This document shows positions 9,526-17,296 of a stretch of DNA of 40,955 bases, one piece after another; positions within the stretch are counted from its first letter, which is position 1, and every line of letters starts with the position of its first letter. The DNA is from a virus (Duplodnaviria; Caudoviricetes), in IMG/VR virus record IMGVR_UViG_3300030207_000712, positions 1 through 40,955 of that record, one strand, 5' to 3'. The notes beneath the pieces were generated by a model, which searched no databases, was not told the origin of the DNA, and saw only the letters and a program-made list of their open reading frames with translations. The translations under genes and the position numbers were made by a program.

Positions 9526-9670
9526 GGTAGAAAAGGTAACTATGGTAGCTGGAGTACGTGGTAATGAAGCAGAACACGAGATACTTGCATACCTTTACTA
9601 TATTGTAGACACGAAAACTGGCGAAAATTCACTCAAAACTATAAAACCTACACATATACCCGTATTTTAA
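9428..9670 (+). CDS. Hypothetical protein (likely TTG start within track ORF 9362..9670)
   Basis: In-frame TTG just after GAAAGGA; downstream codon usage matches the genome. The start site is uncertain. Confidence 0.5.
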   Translation: MVVNLLLQQLDLDKMFQETKWEEVQSVKDKGYEVEKVTMVAGVRGNEAEHEILAYLYYIVDTKTGENSLKTIKPTHIPVF

Positions 9671-9772
9671 ATAAAATCTCCATATATGGGCAAAATACAG
9701 CCAAATAGAACTATTTCTATATTGTACATTTACCTACTATTTGAAAAAATTTACAAAATATTTTAAAAATAC

Positions 9773-9802
9773 TTGTTTTAAGTAGCTTTTCATTAGTAAA
9801 TT
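9773..9802 (+). promoter_or_regulatory. Sigma70-type promoter
   Basis: AAAATAC-TTGTTT-18-TAAATT, upstream of 9827. Confidence 0.55.
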
Positions 9803-9826
9803 CAATAAACAAAAAAGGTTGAAAAA

Positions 9827-10060
9827 ATGAAAAGAAGGTTAGATAAAGCTCTGGGTAATGATTTCTCTAATGAATCATCTATAAACAATATAAATTCTGC
9901 AATAACTATAGCTAAAAGTATGAAAGTATACGATGTAGTAGACCCATCTGGTAAAATAATGGGTGAAATAGCAGAAATGGTAAGTAGACTACAAAACGCA
10001 GAAGAACTAGAATCTGTAGATATGAACGATTTTACAGGGAGTTTAGACTTCCTATCCTAA
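9827..10060 (+). CDS. Hypothetical protein
   Basis: 77 aa; AAAGGT SD; has its own promoter. Confidence 0.65.
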   Translation: MKRRLDKALGNDFSNESSINNINSAITIAKSMKVYDVVDPSGKIMGEIAEMVSRLQNAEELESVDMNDFTGSLDFLS

Positions 10061-10130
10061 AAAAATAGCGTAATTTTGTGTGTGACTCTTATTTGCGTTA
10101 TACCCCCCTCCCCCTATCCCGTTTAAAATT

Positions 10131-10190
10131 TCGAATCTTGGTTCGATTTTTCGAATAGTGGTTCGAAGGTTCGACCAGCCAGTCGAAAAA
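10131..10190. repeat. Periodic TCGA array (3 units of 20 bp, two TCGA each)
   Basis: TCGA at 10131, 10143, 10151, 10163, 10171 and 10183 (spacing 12, 8, 12, 8, 12). Confidence 0.9.
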
Positions 10191-10192
10191 AC

Positions 10193-10235
10193 CCTATAGT
10201 TAAAATAAACCACAAAAGCAAGTATTATTTTTTTT
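10193..10235 (-). promoter_or_regulatory. Leftward promoter pointing into the TCGA array
   Basis: AAAAAAAATAATAC-TTGCTT-17-TATAGG; the -10 is weak. Confidence 0.4.
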
Positions 10236-10237
10236 AG

Positions 10238-10253
10238 TGTGATATACGTCACA
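10238..10253. promoter_or_regulatory. CRP/FNR-family binding site
   Basis: TGTGA-TATACG-TCACA is the perfect CRP core TGTGA-N6-TCACA, in non-coding DNA. Confidence 0.7.
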
Positions 10254-10324
10254 TTCTTTAAATTAACTATTGACTTTTGACAAAACACTCCAATTAAATC
10301 TTTTAGGCTGCAGATTTTTTTTTC

Positions 10325-10353
10325 TTGCAATTCTCCTAGATAATAACTAGATT
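10325..10353 (+). promoter_or_regulatory. Early promoter
   Basis: TTGCAA-17-TAGATT upstream of the first early gene. Confidence 0.55.
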
Positions 10354-10389
10354 CTCCAATATGATTTTTTCAAACACAAAACAAAACGA

Positions 10390-10411
10390 TCTAATGAGAA
10401 TCAATCTCAAT
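10390..10411. promoter_or_regulatory. Fur/PerR-family box
   Basis: TGAGAAT-C-AATCTCA 7-1-7 inverted repeat; 14/19 match to GATAATGATAATCATTATC. Confidence 0.55.
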
Positions 10412-10490
10412 AAGGTTTTTAGGAGTAATGCTTAGAGATAATCTTTAGTAGATAATATATCATTAGACAAACTAATAAAAGGAGAGTAAA

Positions 10491-10760
10491 ATGAGTAAAA
10501 TCAGTAATACACAACTAAGAGAGATGTTAGCTCTAGGACTAATCACAGCAGAGAAGTTCCAAGAATCTATTGTGCTTGGTGTAGCTAGTGCATCTAAAAG
10601 AGGAAAGATAGACGTACTATGTGACAACTTCCCAGAGTTCGCAGAGATAAAAACCAAACTAGATGAATTTCATACTACCAACAAAGATAAGGTAAATGAA
10701 GTGATGGAAGATAACGGTTTTGAACCTGTAACTAAAATATCTCTTAACATAGCAAAGTAG
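10491..10760 (+). CDS. First early protein, unknown function
   Basis: AAGGAG SD; monocistronic between promoter and terminator; LREMLALGLITAEKF resembles a SHOCT-type helix pair. Confidence 0.75.
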   Translation: MSKISNTQLREMLALGLITAEKFQESIVLGVASASKRGKIDVLCDNFPEFAEIKTKLDEFHTTNKDKVNEVMEDNGFEPVTKISLNIAK

Positions 10761-10773
10761 AACGGTGACCTGT

Positions 10774-10809
10774 AGAACGGGGCTAGTACACCTAGCCTCG
10801 TTTCTGCTT
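10774..10809 (+). terminator. Intrinsic terminator
   Basis: Stem CGGGGCTAG/CTAGCCTCG, loop TACAC, then TTTCTGCTT. Confidence 0.6.
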
Positions 10810-10892
10810 AGACTATTCTCTAGACTTCGTATCTAGTAGATACAAAAATAGTAGATGCGAATTTTATAGAATAATAAAATAGTAGGTACAAA

Positions 10893-11354
10893 ATGAATAA
10901 CAATAACCTAGTAGTAGATATGGAAAGTGCTACACCGATTGATGACTACAGATTTAAAAGTGTAGGTGCGGTAAATATCTATTATTCAAAAGGTCTAGAT
11001 AAGAAGTACTCTCTACTAATTGACTATGTAGGCAATGAGAAAAAGTCTATTGACAATGTTACTAGTAGCCTCATTAATCTATGGCATATAATAGAAGCAA
11101 TGAGAAGTAAAGCTAGAAGTGAGAATATGATAGTCAACGTAGTAGATAAAGATGCTGGTACTAGATATAGTAGAATAACACTAGCTACTACACTTAGTCA
11201 AGTAGAGAAAGCAGAAGCACTAGATAAGCAGATCAAATTAGCAAGAAATACTAGAAGAAGAATGGTGGTACAGAACAAGTATCACAGTAGAAAGCGTAAG
11301 AAGCTAGACCCGAGACTTATACGACCAATACTTAGAGAAGAGAAAACTTGGTAG
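10893..11354 (+). CDS. Hypothetical early protein with basic C-terminus
   Basis: 153 aa; AGGT SD. Confidence 0.7.
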   Translation: MNNNNLVVDMESATPIDDYRFKSVGAVNIYYSKGLDKKYSLLIDYVGNEKKSIDNVTSSLINLWHIIEAMRSKARSENMIVNVVDKDAGTRYSRITLATTLSQVEKAEALDKQIKLARNTRRRMVVQNKYHSRKRKKLDPRLIRPILREEKTW

Positions 11355-11358
11355 TAAT

Positions 11359-11532
11359 ATGAGACTAGATAAAGAAGATATATTATTAGTTAAGAAAGCA
11401 TTAAGGCTTTGTATGTACAAATTTAATAGAAGAGGTCAAGATTGTAGAAACATAGATGATAGAATCTTGGCTAATAGATTTGAAAAAGTTTTAGAGAAAA
11501 TAAAAATACCTACAAAGGAGGTAATAGAATGA
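11359..11532 (+). CDS. Hypothetical protein (57 aa, not in track)
   Basis: MRLDKEDILLVKKALRLCMYKFNRRG...; fills the gap and overlaps the next ORF by ATGA. Confidence 0.6.
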   Translation: MRLDKEDILLVKKALRLCMYKFNRRGQDCRNIDDRILANRFEKVLEKIKIPTKEVIE

Positions 11533-11645
11533 GACGTAGTAAACTAGTTAAAGTAGCTAAGAGAAAGAAGAACGCTCTACTAAAAGCTAATGGTAGAACA
11601 CCTGCACAGATAGAAAGAATAAAGCGTAAAAAAAGTAGGAGTTAG
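11529..11645 (+). CDS. Small basic protein (38 aa, not in track)
   Basis: MRRSKLVKVAKRKKNALLKANGRTPAQIERIKRKKSRS; AAGGAGGT SD. Confidence 0.7.
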   Translation: MRRSKLVKVAKRKKNALLKANGRTPAQIERIKRKKSRS

Positions 11646-11648
11646 TAG

Positions 11649-11993
11649 ATGTGTAAAAGATGTGACTCAATAGATAGATACTTTAATACTGGAGATAATG
11701 CAGATAGAAGAAGTGATAATGCTAAGAAGATTAGTAGAGATATATCTAAGTACATAGGTGACATTGTACTATCAGATATAGATGACTTGCTATGTGGAAT
11801 AGATGTAATAGATAAATGTAGTACCATAATAGATGACGACAATCTACCTCTAGCCCTATCTCCTAATAGACAAGGATTTAGCAATCAGGAGATAGACCAC
11901 CTAATATCAAATACGTGGTTCTATATACGAAATAATATATCTAGATTGATTAAGAGGTATGAAAGTAGTAAGTATATAAGGAATAGTAAATGA
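11649..11993 (+). CDS. Hypothetical early protein (N-terminal CxxC)
   Basis: 114 aa; AGGAG SD. Confidence 0.7.
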   Translation: MCKRCDSIDRYFNTGDNADRRSDNAKKISRDISKYIGDIVLSDIDDLLCGIDVIDKCSTIIDDDNLPLALSPNRQGFSNQEIDHLISNTWFYIRNNISRLIKRYESSKYIRNSK

Positions 11994-12157
11994 ATAGAGT
12001 TATGTTCAATGGTACTTGGTATAACAAGTATAGACTAGTAGATGGTACTAGATTTATTGCTATTAGTACAACTGAAGCTATGAGATATGCTGATAAGGTA
12101 GGTGGTATGCACCTATTAGATAGAGAGGATGCTCATAGAAGGTATAGTAGTTTCTAA
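11990..12157 (+). CDS. Hypothetical protein (55 aa, not in track)
   Basis: MNRVMFNGTWYNKYRLVDGTRFIAIS...; ATGA and TAATG overlaps with neighbours. Confidence 0.6.
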   Translation: MNRVMFNGTWYNKYRLVDGTRFIAISTTEAMRYADKVGGMHLLDREDAHRRYSSF

Positions 12158-12576
12158 TGCAGACATTTCTACCATACGAAGATTTTACTCTATCTGCACA
12201 AGTACTAGACTATCGTAGACTAGGAAAGCAGAGAGTAGAAGCCTTGCAAATCTACAATGTATTAGTAGATAACCCAACTCTACAAGGCAATAAATACAAG
12301 GGTTGGCGTAGACATCCAGCCGTTCTAATGTGGGAAGGCTACGAAGAAGCGTTGTTGCTCTACAAAAACAAAATGATAGAAGAGTGGATACTTAGAGATT
12401 ATAATAATACTATGGAACTTGTAGGTCTCCCAGATTCTATAAAGATGCCTCCTTGGGTAGGCGATAGTAGAGTACACGCTTCACATAGAAGCAACCTACT
12501 TAGAAAGGACTTAGAGTATTACTCTAAGTATAGATGGAAAGAACCTAGAGATATGGATTACTATTGGCCTATCTAG
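12157..12576 (+). CDS. Pyrimidine-dimer DNA glycosylase/endonuclease V-like protein (MSMEG_6728 family)
   Basis: MQTFLPY, LDYRRLGKQRVEALQI, HPAVLMW, HASHRSNLLRKD and YYWP motifs. Confidence 0.85.
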   Translation: MQTFLPYEDFTLSAQVLDYRRLGKQRVEALQIYNVLVDNPTLQGNKYKGWRRHPAVLMWEGYEEALLLYKNKMIEEWILRDYNNTMELVGLPDSIKMPPWVGDSRVHASHRSNLLRKDLEYYSKYRWKEPRDMDYYWPI

Positions 12577-12599
12577 TAGATAGAAAGTTAAAAAAGTTC

Positions 12600-12628
12600 T
12601 TGCTTTTTTCAATAGAATTTCGTAAGCT
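12600..12628 (+). promoter_or_regulatory. Promoter of the amidoligase operon
   Basis: AAAAAAGTTC-TTGCTT-17-TAAGCT. Confidence 0.5.
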
Positions 12629-12706
12629 CTATGTAGTGAAAATGTACATTGAGATAATACTTGATGTAGATGTAAGTTAATAGATAACAATAAGATAGGA
12701 GAAAGT

Positions 12707-12853
12707 ATGAGAGAGATACTTCATCACCTACTTGGTACTTGTGGAGATAGTCACGTAAGTGTACTAACTCTATATTATCTAGGAGTCTTTGTAGTATACA
12801 AAGAACTTGTAGTAACGATAGCAAGAGAGGTGAAAGATGGTCTATTCAAATGA
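12707..12853 (+). CDS. Small membrane protein with HHLLGTCGDSH motif (48 aa, not in track)
   Basis: AGGAG SD; MREILHHLLGTCGDSHVSVLTLYYLGVFVVYKELVVTIAREVKDGLFK. Confidence 0.65.
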   Translation: MREILHHLLGTCGDSHVSVLTLYYLGVFVVYKELVVTIAREVKDGLFK

Positions 12854-14660
12854 AGTCTATTTAGTAAATAGTAACTATGCTAGAATAGTACATAACGCTA
12901 CTAGCTTCAAGGATATAGATGTAGAAAGTACTGCATTGAACTACAGTGCTAGAGTAGGTGTGGATATTGTAGAAGGTATATCTACTAGAATATTTAAACT
13001 AATAGATGTATCAAATGACTACAATCACGATATGCCTTGCTTACTACTAGAGAGAAGTGATGGTCTACTTATTATATGTAGAATCCTAGATGTTCTATTT
13101 ACAGATAAGAGATTACTTACTGTAACTTGGAGTAAGTCTAGAGATATGTACTTAATACATATGCCTAAATCTGTAAATGATGTAGAGTTCTACCCTCAGG
13201 GTGATACGTATGATGTATGTACTAGTTTGGAGATGTACGCAACTGATGAAAGTAAGTGCCTTCTAGTATGGGACACATATAGAAATGCAGAGTTTGTAGA
13301 CAAGACTGATAGTAGGCACGGGCCACATAGAAACAGATTCTTTCTAAGTACAGATACGTATGGTCATATGACTACGTATATGGACAAGTGCGATATAGAA
13401 AGAAGTAGAGGTGGGTATGAACAATGTAGTAATTGTGGAGATATAGTATTAAAACGTACTATAAAAGATGTTGCTATGGCAAGTGGAGTAGTAGAACGTA
13501 TTTGTAAAACTTGTTATGATACATTGGAAATACCTTGCGATTGTTGCCATGTAGATATGCCAATATCTGATAGAATAGGTATAACAAGAGATAGAGCTCT
13601 ACAAAGAAATAGTACTGATGTTATATTTGCAAACAATGATATAACTAGTATATGCAATACTTGTTACGAAGGAACTCTTAGAACTTGTAGTAGATGTAGA
13701 TGTTACGAGATAATAGATATAGATAATCTTAGAGCAAGTGATAATAGAAACGAAACTATAAGACAGTTCAATATAGAATCTACTTATAGATACATATTTA
13801 GTAGACAGTATTGTAGTGATTGTGCAGATATTCTACTAACTACATATCTAGCTAACCCATTTAACTACAGTCCACTACCTAGAAGCTATTCTGCTAAGAG
13901 TGCTTTTGATACATTCGTAGGTATAGAAAGTGAGGTAATAACAGAGTCAGAAGGTGCTAGTGAGTATATAGATGAAGATAGAGAGGTTCCTAGATATTTC
14001 AGAGTAGTTGATGATGGTTCTCTAAATCAAGGAGGTGTAGAATTTGTTACTAGAAAACCTATTATAGGTACAGATGTAGATAGAGCACTAGACGAACTAG
14101 AAGAAGCTCATCAGATAGAATGGAACACCGTAGATAGTAGCTGTGGTCTACATATACATATGAACGCTCTAGATATGGGATTCAAAGAGATAAAATCTCT
14201 ACTTATGATTATGTCTAGAATACAGAATGTAATATATGACAGCATACCTAACAACAGAAGAGATACATCTTATGCAAGAGTTATTACTATGACACCTAAA
14301 GAAATAGCTAAGATAGATACACTTGGTCATCTAATAACTAGCTACTATGGTATGGTAGATTCTGTTATAAGTGACAACAAATACAATGAAGCTAGATACA
14401 TAGGTACTAATATACACGCTAGGTTTTATCTAGGTTCAATAGAGTTTAGATATCACGAAGGTACTATTAGGGCTAATCATATAAAAGAATGGATAATGTT
14501 CCTTAACAAGATAATGTCTAGCTCTAAGTCATTATATAGTAACCCTAAGTTGTACAGAAAAATTATAGATACAAAATTTTCAGCACTAGATATTGTTAGA
14601 GACATAACTGGTATCAGTGGTGTTGAGTATATAGAAAGTAAAATAGATAATAACAGTTAA
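12837..14660 (+). CDS. Putative amidoligase (Amidoligase_2, COOH-NH2 ligase fold) with six CxxC motifs and an extra N-terminal domain
   Basis: VGIESE, DGSL..GVEFVT, CGLHIH, RYIGTN and IEFRYHEGT motifs; CSNC, CKTC, CDCC, CNTC, CSRC, CSDC. Confidence 0.85.
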   Translation: MVYSNEVYLVNSNYARIVHNATSFKDIDVESTALNYSARVGVDIVEGISTRIFKLIDVSNDYNHDMPCLLLERSDGLLIICRILDVLFTDKRLLTVTWSKSRDMYLIHMPKSVNDVEFYPQGDTYDVCTSLEMYATDESKCLLVWDTYRNAEFVDKTDSRHGPHRNRFFLSTDTYGHMTTYMDKCDIERSRGGYEQCSNCGDIVLKRTIKDVAMASGVVERICKTCYDTLEIPCDCCHVDMPISDRIGITRDRALQRNSTDVIFANNDITSICNTCYEGTLRTCSRCRCYEIIDIDNLRASDNRNETIRQFNIESTYRYIFSRQYCSDCADILLTTYLANPFNYSPLPRSYSAKSAFDTFVGIESEVITESEGASEYIDEDREVPRYFRVVDDGSLNQGGVEFVTRKPIIGTDVDRALDELEEAHQIEWNTVDSSCGLHIHMNALDMGFKEIKSLLMIMSRIQNVIYDSIPNNRRDTSYARVITMTPKEIAKIDTLGHLITSYYGMVDSVISDNKYNEARYIGTNIHARFYLGSIEFRYHEGTIRANHIKEWIMFLNKIMSSSKSLYSNPKLYRKIIDTKFSALDIVRDITGISGVEYIESKIDNNS

Positions 14661-14678
14661 AAGAAAAGGAGATAGTAT

Positions 14679-15686
14679 ATGTGTGGTATCTTTGGTTTCG
14701 CTAAGACTAGCGGAAGGCAAAGTGACAATCAGTTAGAGATACTCAAGAGAGTAGTAACTGAACTCACAGATGAATCATCTATACGAGGTACTGATAGTAC
14801 GGGTTTCTCTATTATCAATGAGGATAATAGATATACCTACAAGACCTTAGTAGATTCATCAACACTAGTAGGTTTTCCTGAGTGGAATATGCTACTAGAT
14901 AAAGTAAATAGAGACACTACTATATTTATGGGCCACGTTAGACTGGCAACTACTGGTAGTGTAAAAGTAGAGAACGCTCACCCGTTCAATATAGGTAGTG
15001 TAACTGGTGTACATAATGGTATAATACACAACTACAACCAAGTATCTAACATACTAGGTAAGAGTGTACCAGATGTAGACTCACAAGTTCTATTCCAAGC
15101 TCTCAACAAGTTGGAGATGAGTAAAGCATTCGAAGATATAGATGGAGACTTTGCTATTACTTGGGTAAAGGATAGTAACAAGAAGGTACATTTAGCTAGA
15201 GAGAGTGGCAGACCTATGGTGGTTGCATACTGGAAGAAGGCTAGAGTTCTACTATGGGCTTCTACTAGACAGATTATGGAGGATGCTATGACTAGAGCTG
15301 GTCTTAGACTACCTATTAAAAATGTTAGGCAAGACTATATATTTACCTACGATACAGACAAGTTCGACAGTAGGCCTAATGTAGATAGCGTAGAGTTCGA
15401 GACTCTAAGTCAGTACGACTATGGCTATAGATTCAAACCGTATAGCGGTACTCAATACTATAGAGGTAATGGGTTTAGTATGAGTCCTGCAACTAAGTCC
15501 CTACACTCAGTTAGTACGTGTGACACAAGGAAGGATGAGTTATGCTACTTCTGCTTTGAGTACGCACCAAAGCAAGAGATAAGTCCTAACGATGGTAGAC
15601 CTATATGTGTACAATGCGAGGTTATAGAAGACTACAAGTATGGATATAGTAACGAAGATAAGAGAGATGATGATGTCCCATTCTAA
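14679..15686 (+). CDS. Class II (Ntn) glutamine amidotransferase with C-terminal Zn ribbon
   Basis: MCGIFG (Cys2 nucleophile), RGTDSTG, GHVRLAT, NAHPF, HNGIIHN, VDSQ; CYFC and CVQC; ends DDDVPF. Confidence 0.92.
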   Translation: MCGIFGFAKTSGRQSDNQLEILKRVVTELTDESSIRGTDSTGFSIINEDNRYTYKTLVDSSTLVGFPEWNMLLDKVNRDTTIFMGHVRLATTGSVKVENAHPFNIGSVTGVHNGIIHNYNQVSNILGKSVPDVDSQVLFQALNKLEMSKAFEDIDGDFAITWVKDSNKKVHLARESGRPMVVAYWKKARVLLWASTRQIMEDAMTRAGLRLPIKNVRQDYIFTYDTDKFDSRPNVDSVEFETLSQYDYGYRFKPYSGTQYYRGNGFSMSPATKSLHSVSTCDTRKDELCYFCFEYAPKQEISPNDGRPICVQCEVIEDYKYGYSNEDKRDDDVPF

Positions 15687-15981
15687 GAAAGTAATACTAC
15701 TAGGATTCCCCGAAGCTGTAAAGCTAAAGTCTAAGAAGTATATTATAGAGACTTTATATAATAGAGCTAAGAAGAATCCTTTTCTAGCAGATAAGACGTA
15801 TGATGAATATCTAGAGTTTCTAATACGACAGATAGACCTACTAGGTTCTATAGATATAGACATAGAACTAGATAGAGATGACGTAGAATCTCAGATATAT
15901 GATGCACTAAAAGAGATGAAATGGTTGAAGGTAATAAACGCCTTTATAGTTGGAGTAATAACTACTAACATAGGAGTCTAG
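15673..15981 (+). CDS. Hypothetical protein within the amidoligase operon (start uncertain, 15640-15673)
   Basis: ORF track; overlaps the GATase end. Confidence 0.65.
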   Translation: MSHSKKVILLGFPEAVKLKSKKYIIETLYNRAKKNPFLADKTYDEYLEFLIRQIDLLGSIDIDIELDRDDVESQIYDALKEMKWLKVINAFIVGVITTNIGV

Positions 15982-15982
15982 T

Positions 15983-17104
15983 ATGCCACCTGATACAGAA
16001 GAACAATTAGTATGTGAGTGTTGCGAGACTACAAATGATGTACAAGAACAACCAAGTGCTACTATATGTGACGACTGCAATGACGAAAACTATTACTACT
16101 GTGCTAGTTGTAATACACATAGTAGTTATGATAGTGGCTATAATGTTTCTCCTCACGGAGATGAGTACTGTGAAGATTGTTTCTATGAGATATACTGCTA
16201 TTGTGAAGGTTGTGGAGAAGCTAGCAATAGAGACTATACAATATACCACAGAGGTGAAGAGTATTGTGAGAGTTGTGTACCTGAAACTCCTGTACTAGAG
16301 GTCGCAAGTACAGTACCTTCTAGTAGTAGAGTTGCAGATACATTCACATACCCTATAAGAACATTGGTAGGTTTGGAGATAGAATGTATTACGCCTGAGG
16401 TAGAATCTATTGATACACCTATGTACTGGACTAACTGCTCAGATGGTTCTATTAGTACGGATGAAGAAGACAGTATGGGTGTAGAGCTAGTGTCTACCCC
16501 TGCTAGTGGAGACTTACTAATGCAGAACATAGATAACTTGATGCGATGGAAGGATTACTACGGTGGATGGGTTAATCATACTTGTGGATTCCACGTACAT
16601 TTCAACTCTATAGACAAGACACCTAGAGAGATAGCACACGTAGCTATAGTATATCAGAAGTACCAGAGTATACTAAAGGGTATGATGCCTAACTCTAGAC
16701 AGAGTTCTAATTGGTGTAGAGATTCTGAGATGAATGTGAATTATCTTCGTAGGGTTACAGAAGAACAAGAACTAATAGATGAGTACTATGAGACTATGGG
16801 TTCATATCCTAGTGACGATAAGTATAACGATGCTAGGTACTGTGGTCTGAACATACACTCTAGATACTATCACGGTACTATAGAGTTTAGATTACATTCA
16901 GGTACTATTAATAAGGATAAGATAACTAATTGGATATCAATACTTAATATTATAATAGATAAAGGTATAGAGATATCTAAGTTTAGCGAGGAAAACTTTA
17001 GGTCTTGGTTAGACTTAGAGCCTAATACTAAGATTTTTGGACGTAGGTTAGAAGCCTATATAAATAAAAGAACATCTAAATTCATAGGAGAGAGAAATGG
17101 ATGA
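15983..17104 (+). CDS. Second putative amidoligase with six N-terminal CxxC motifs
   Basis: VGLEIE, DGSI...GVELVS, CGFHVH, RYCGLN and IEFRLHSGT; shares DxKYNxARY with the paralogue. Confidence 0.87.
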   Translation: MPPDTEEQLVCECCETTNDVQEQPSATICDDCNDENYYYCASCNTHSSYDSGYNVSPHGDEYCEDCFYEIYCYCEGCGEASNRDYTIYHRGEEYCESCVPETPVLEVASTVPSSSRVADTFTYPIRTLVGLEIECITPEVESIDTPMYWTNCSDGSISTDEEDSMGVELVSTPASGDLLMQNIDNLMRWKDYYGGWVNHTCGFHVHFNSIDKTPREIAHVAIVYQKYQSILKGMMPNSRQSSNWCRDSEMNVNYLRRVTEEQELIDEYYETMGSYPSDDKYNDARYCGLNIHSRYYHGTIEFRLHSGTINKDKITNWISILNIIIDKGIEISKFSEENFRSWLDLEPNTKIFGRRLEAYINKRTSKFIGERNG

Positions 17105-17288
17105 TAACTATAAAACAATAATAGTAGAGCTAGCAGTTTATATGGATAGGAATGAACACGTAAACGATGGGCAATCTATAGAAGAGATTGTAGAGAATGA
17201 GCTAGAAGCTATAGAGAGTGATACTGGTATATACATAGAAAGGTTTATATCGTATGATGAAGTATTAAATAATGATGAAGAAAATTAA
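17097..17288 (+). CDS. Small acidic hypothetical protein
   Basis: 63 aa; AGGAG SD; strongly Glu/Asp-rich. Confidence 0.65.
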   Translation: MDDNYKTIIVELAVYMDRNEHVNDGQSIEEIVENELEAIESDTGIYIERFISYDEVLNNDEEN

Positions 17289-17296
17289 AATAATAC

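Noticed and set aside
10131-10190. Mini-CRISPR array
   Set aside because: The repeat is only 4-5 bp with 4-8 bp spacers, far from repeat-spacer geometry.
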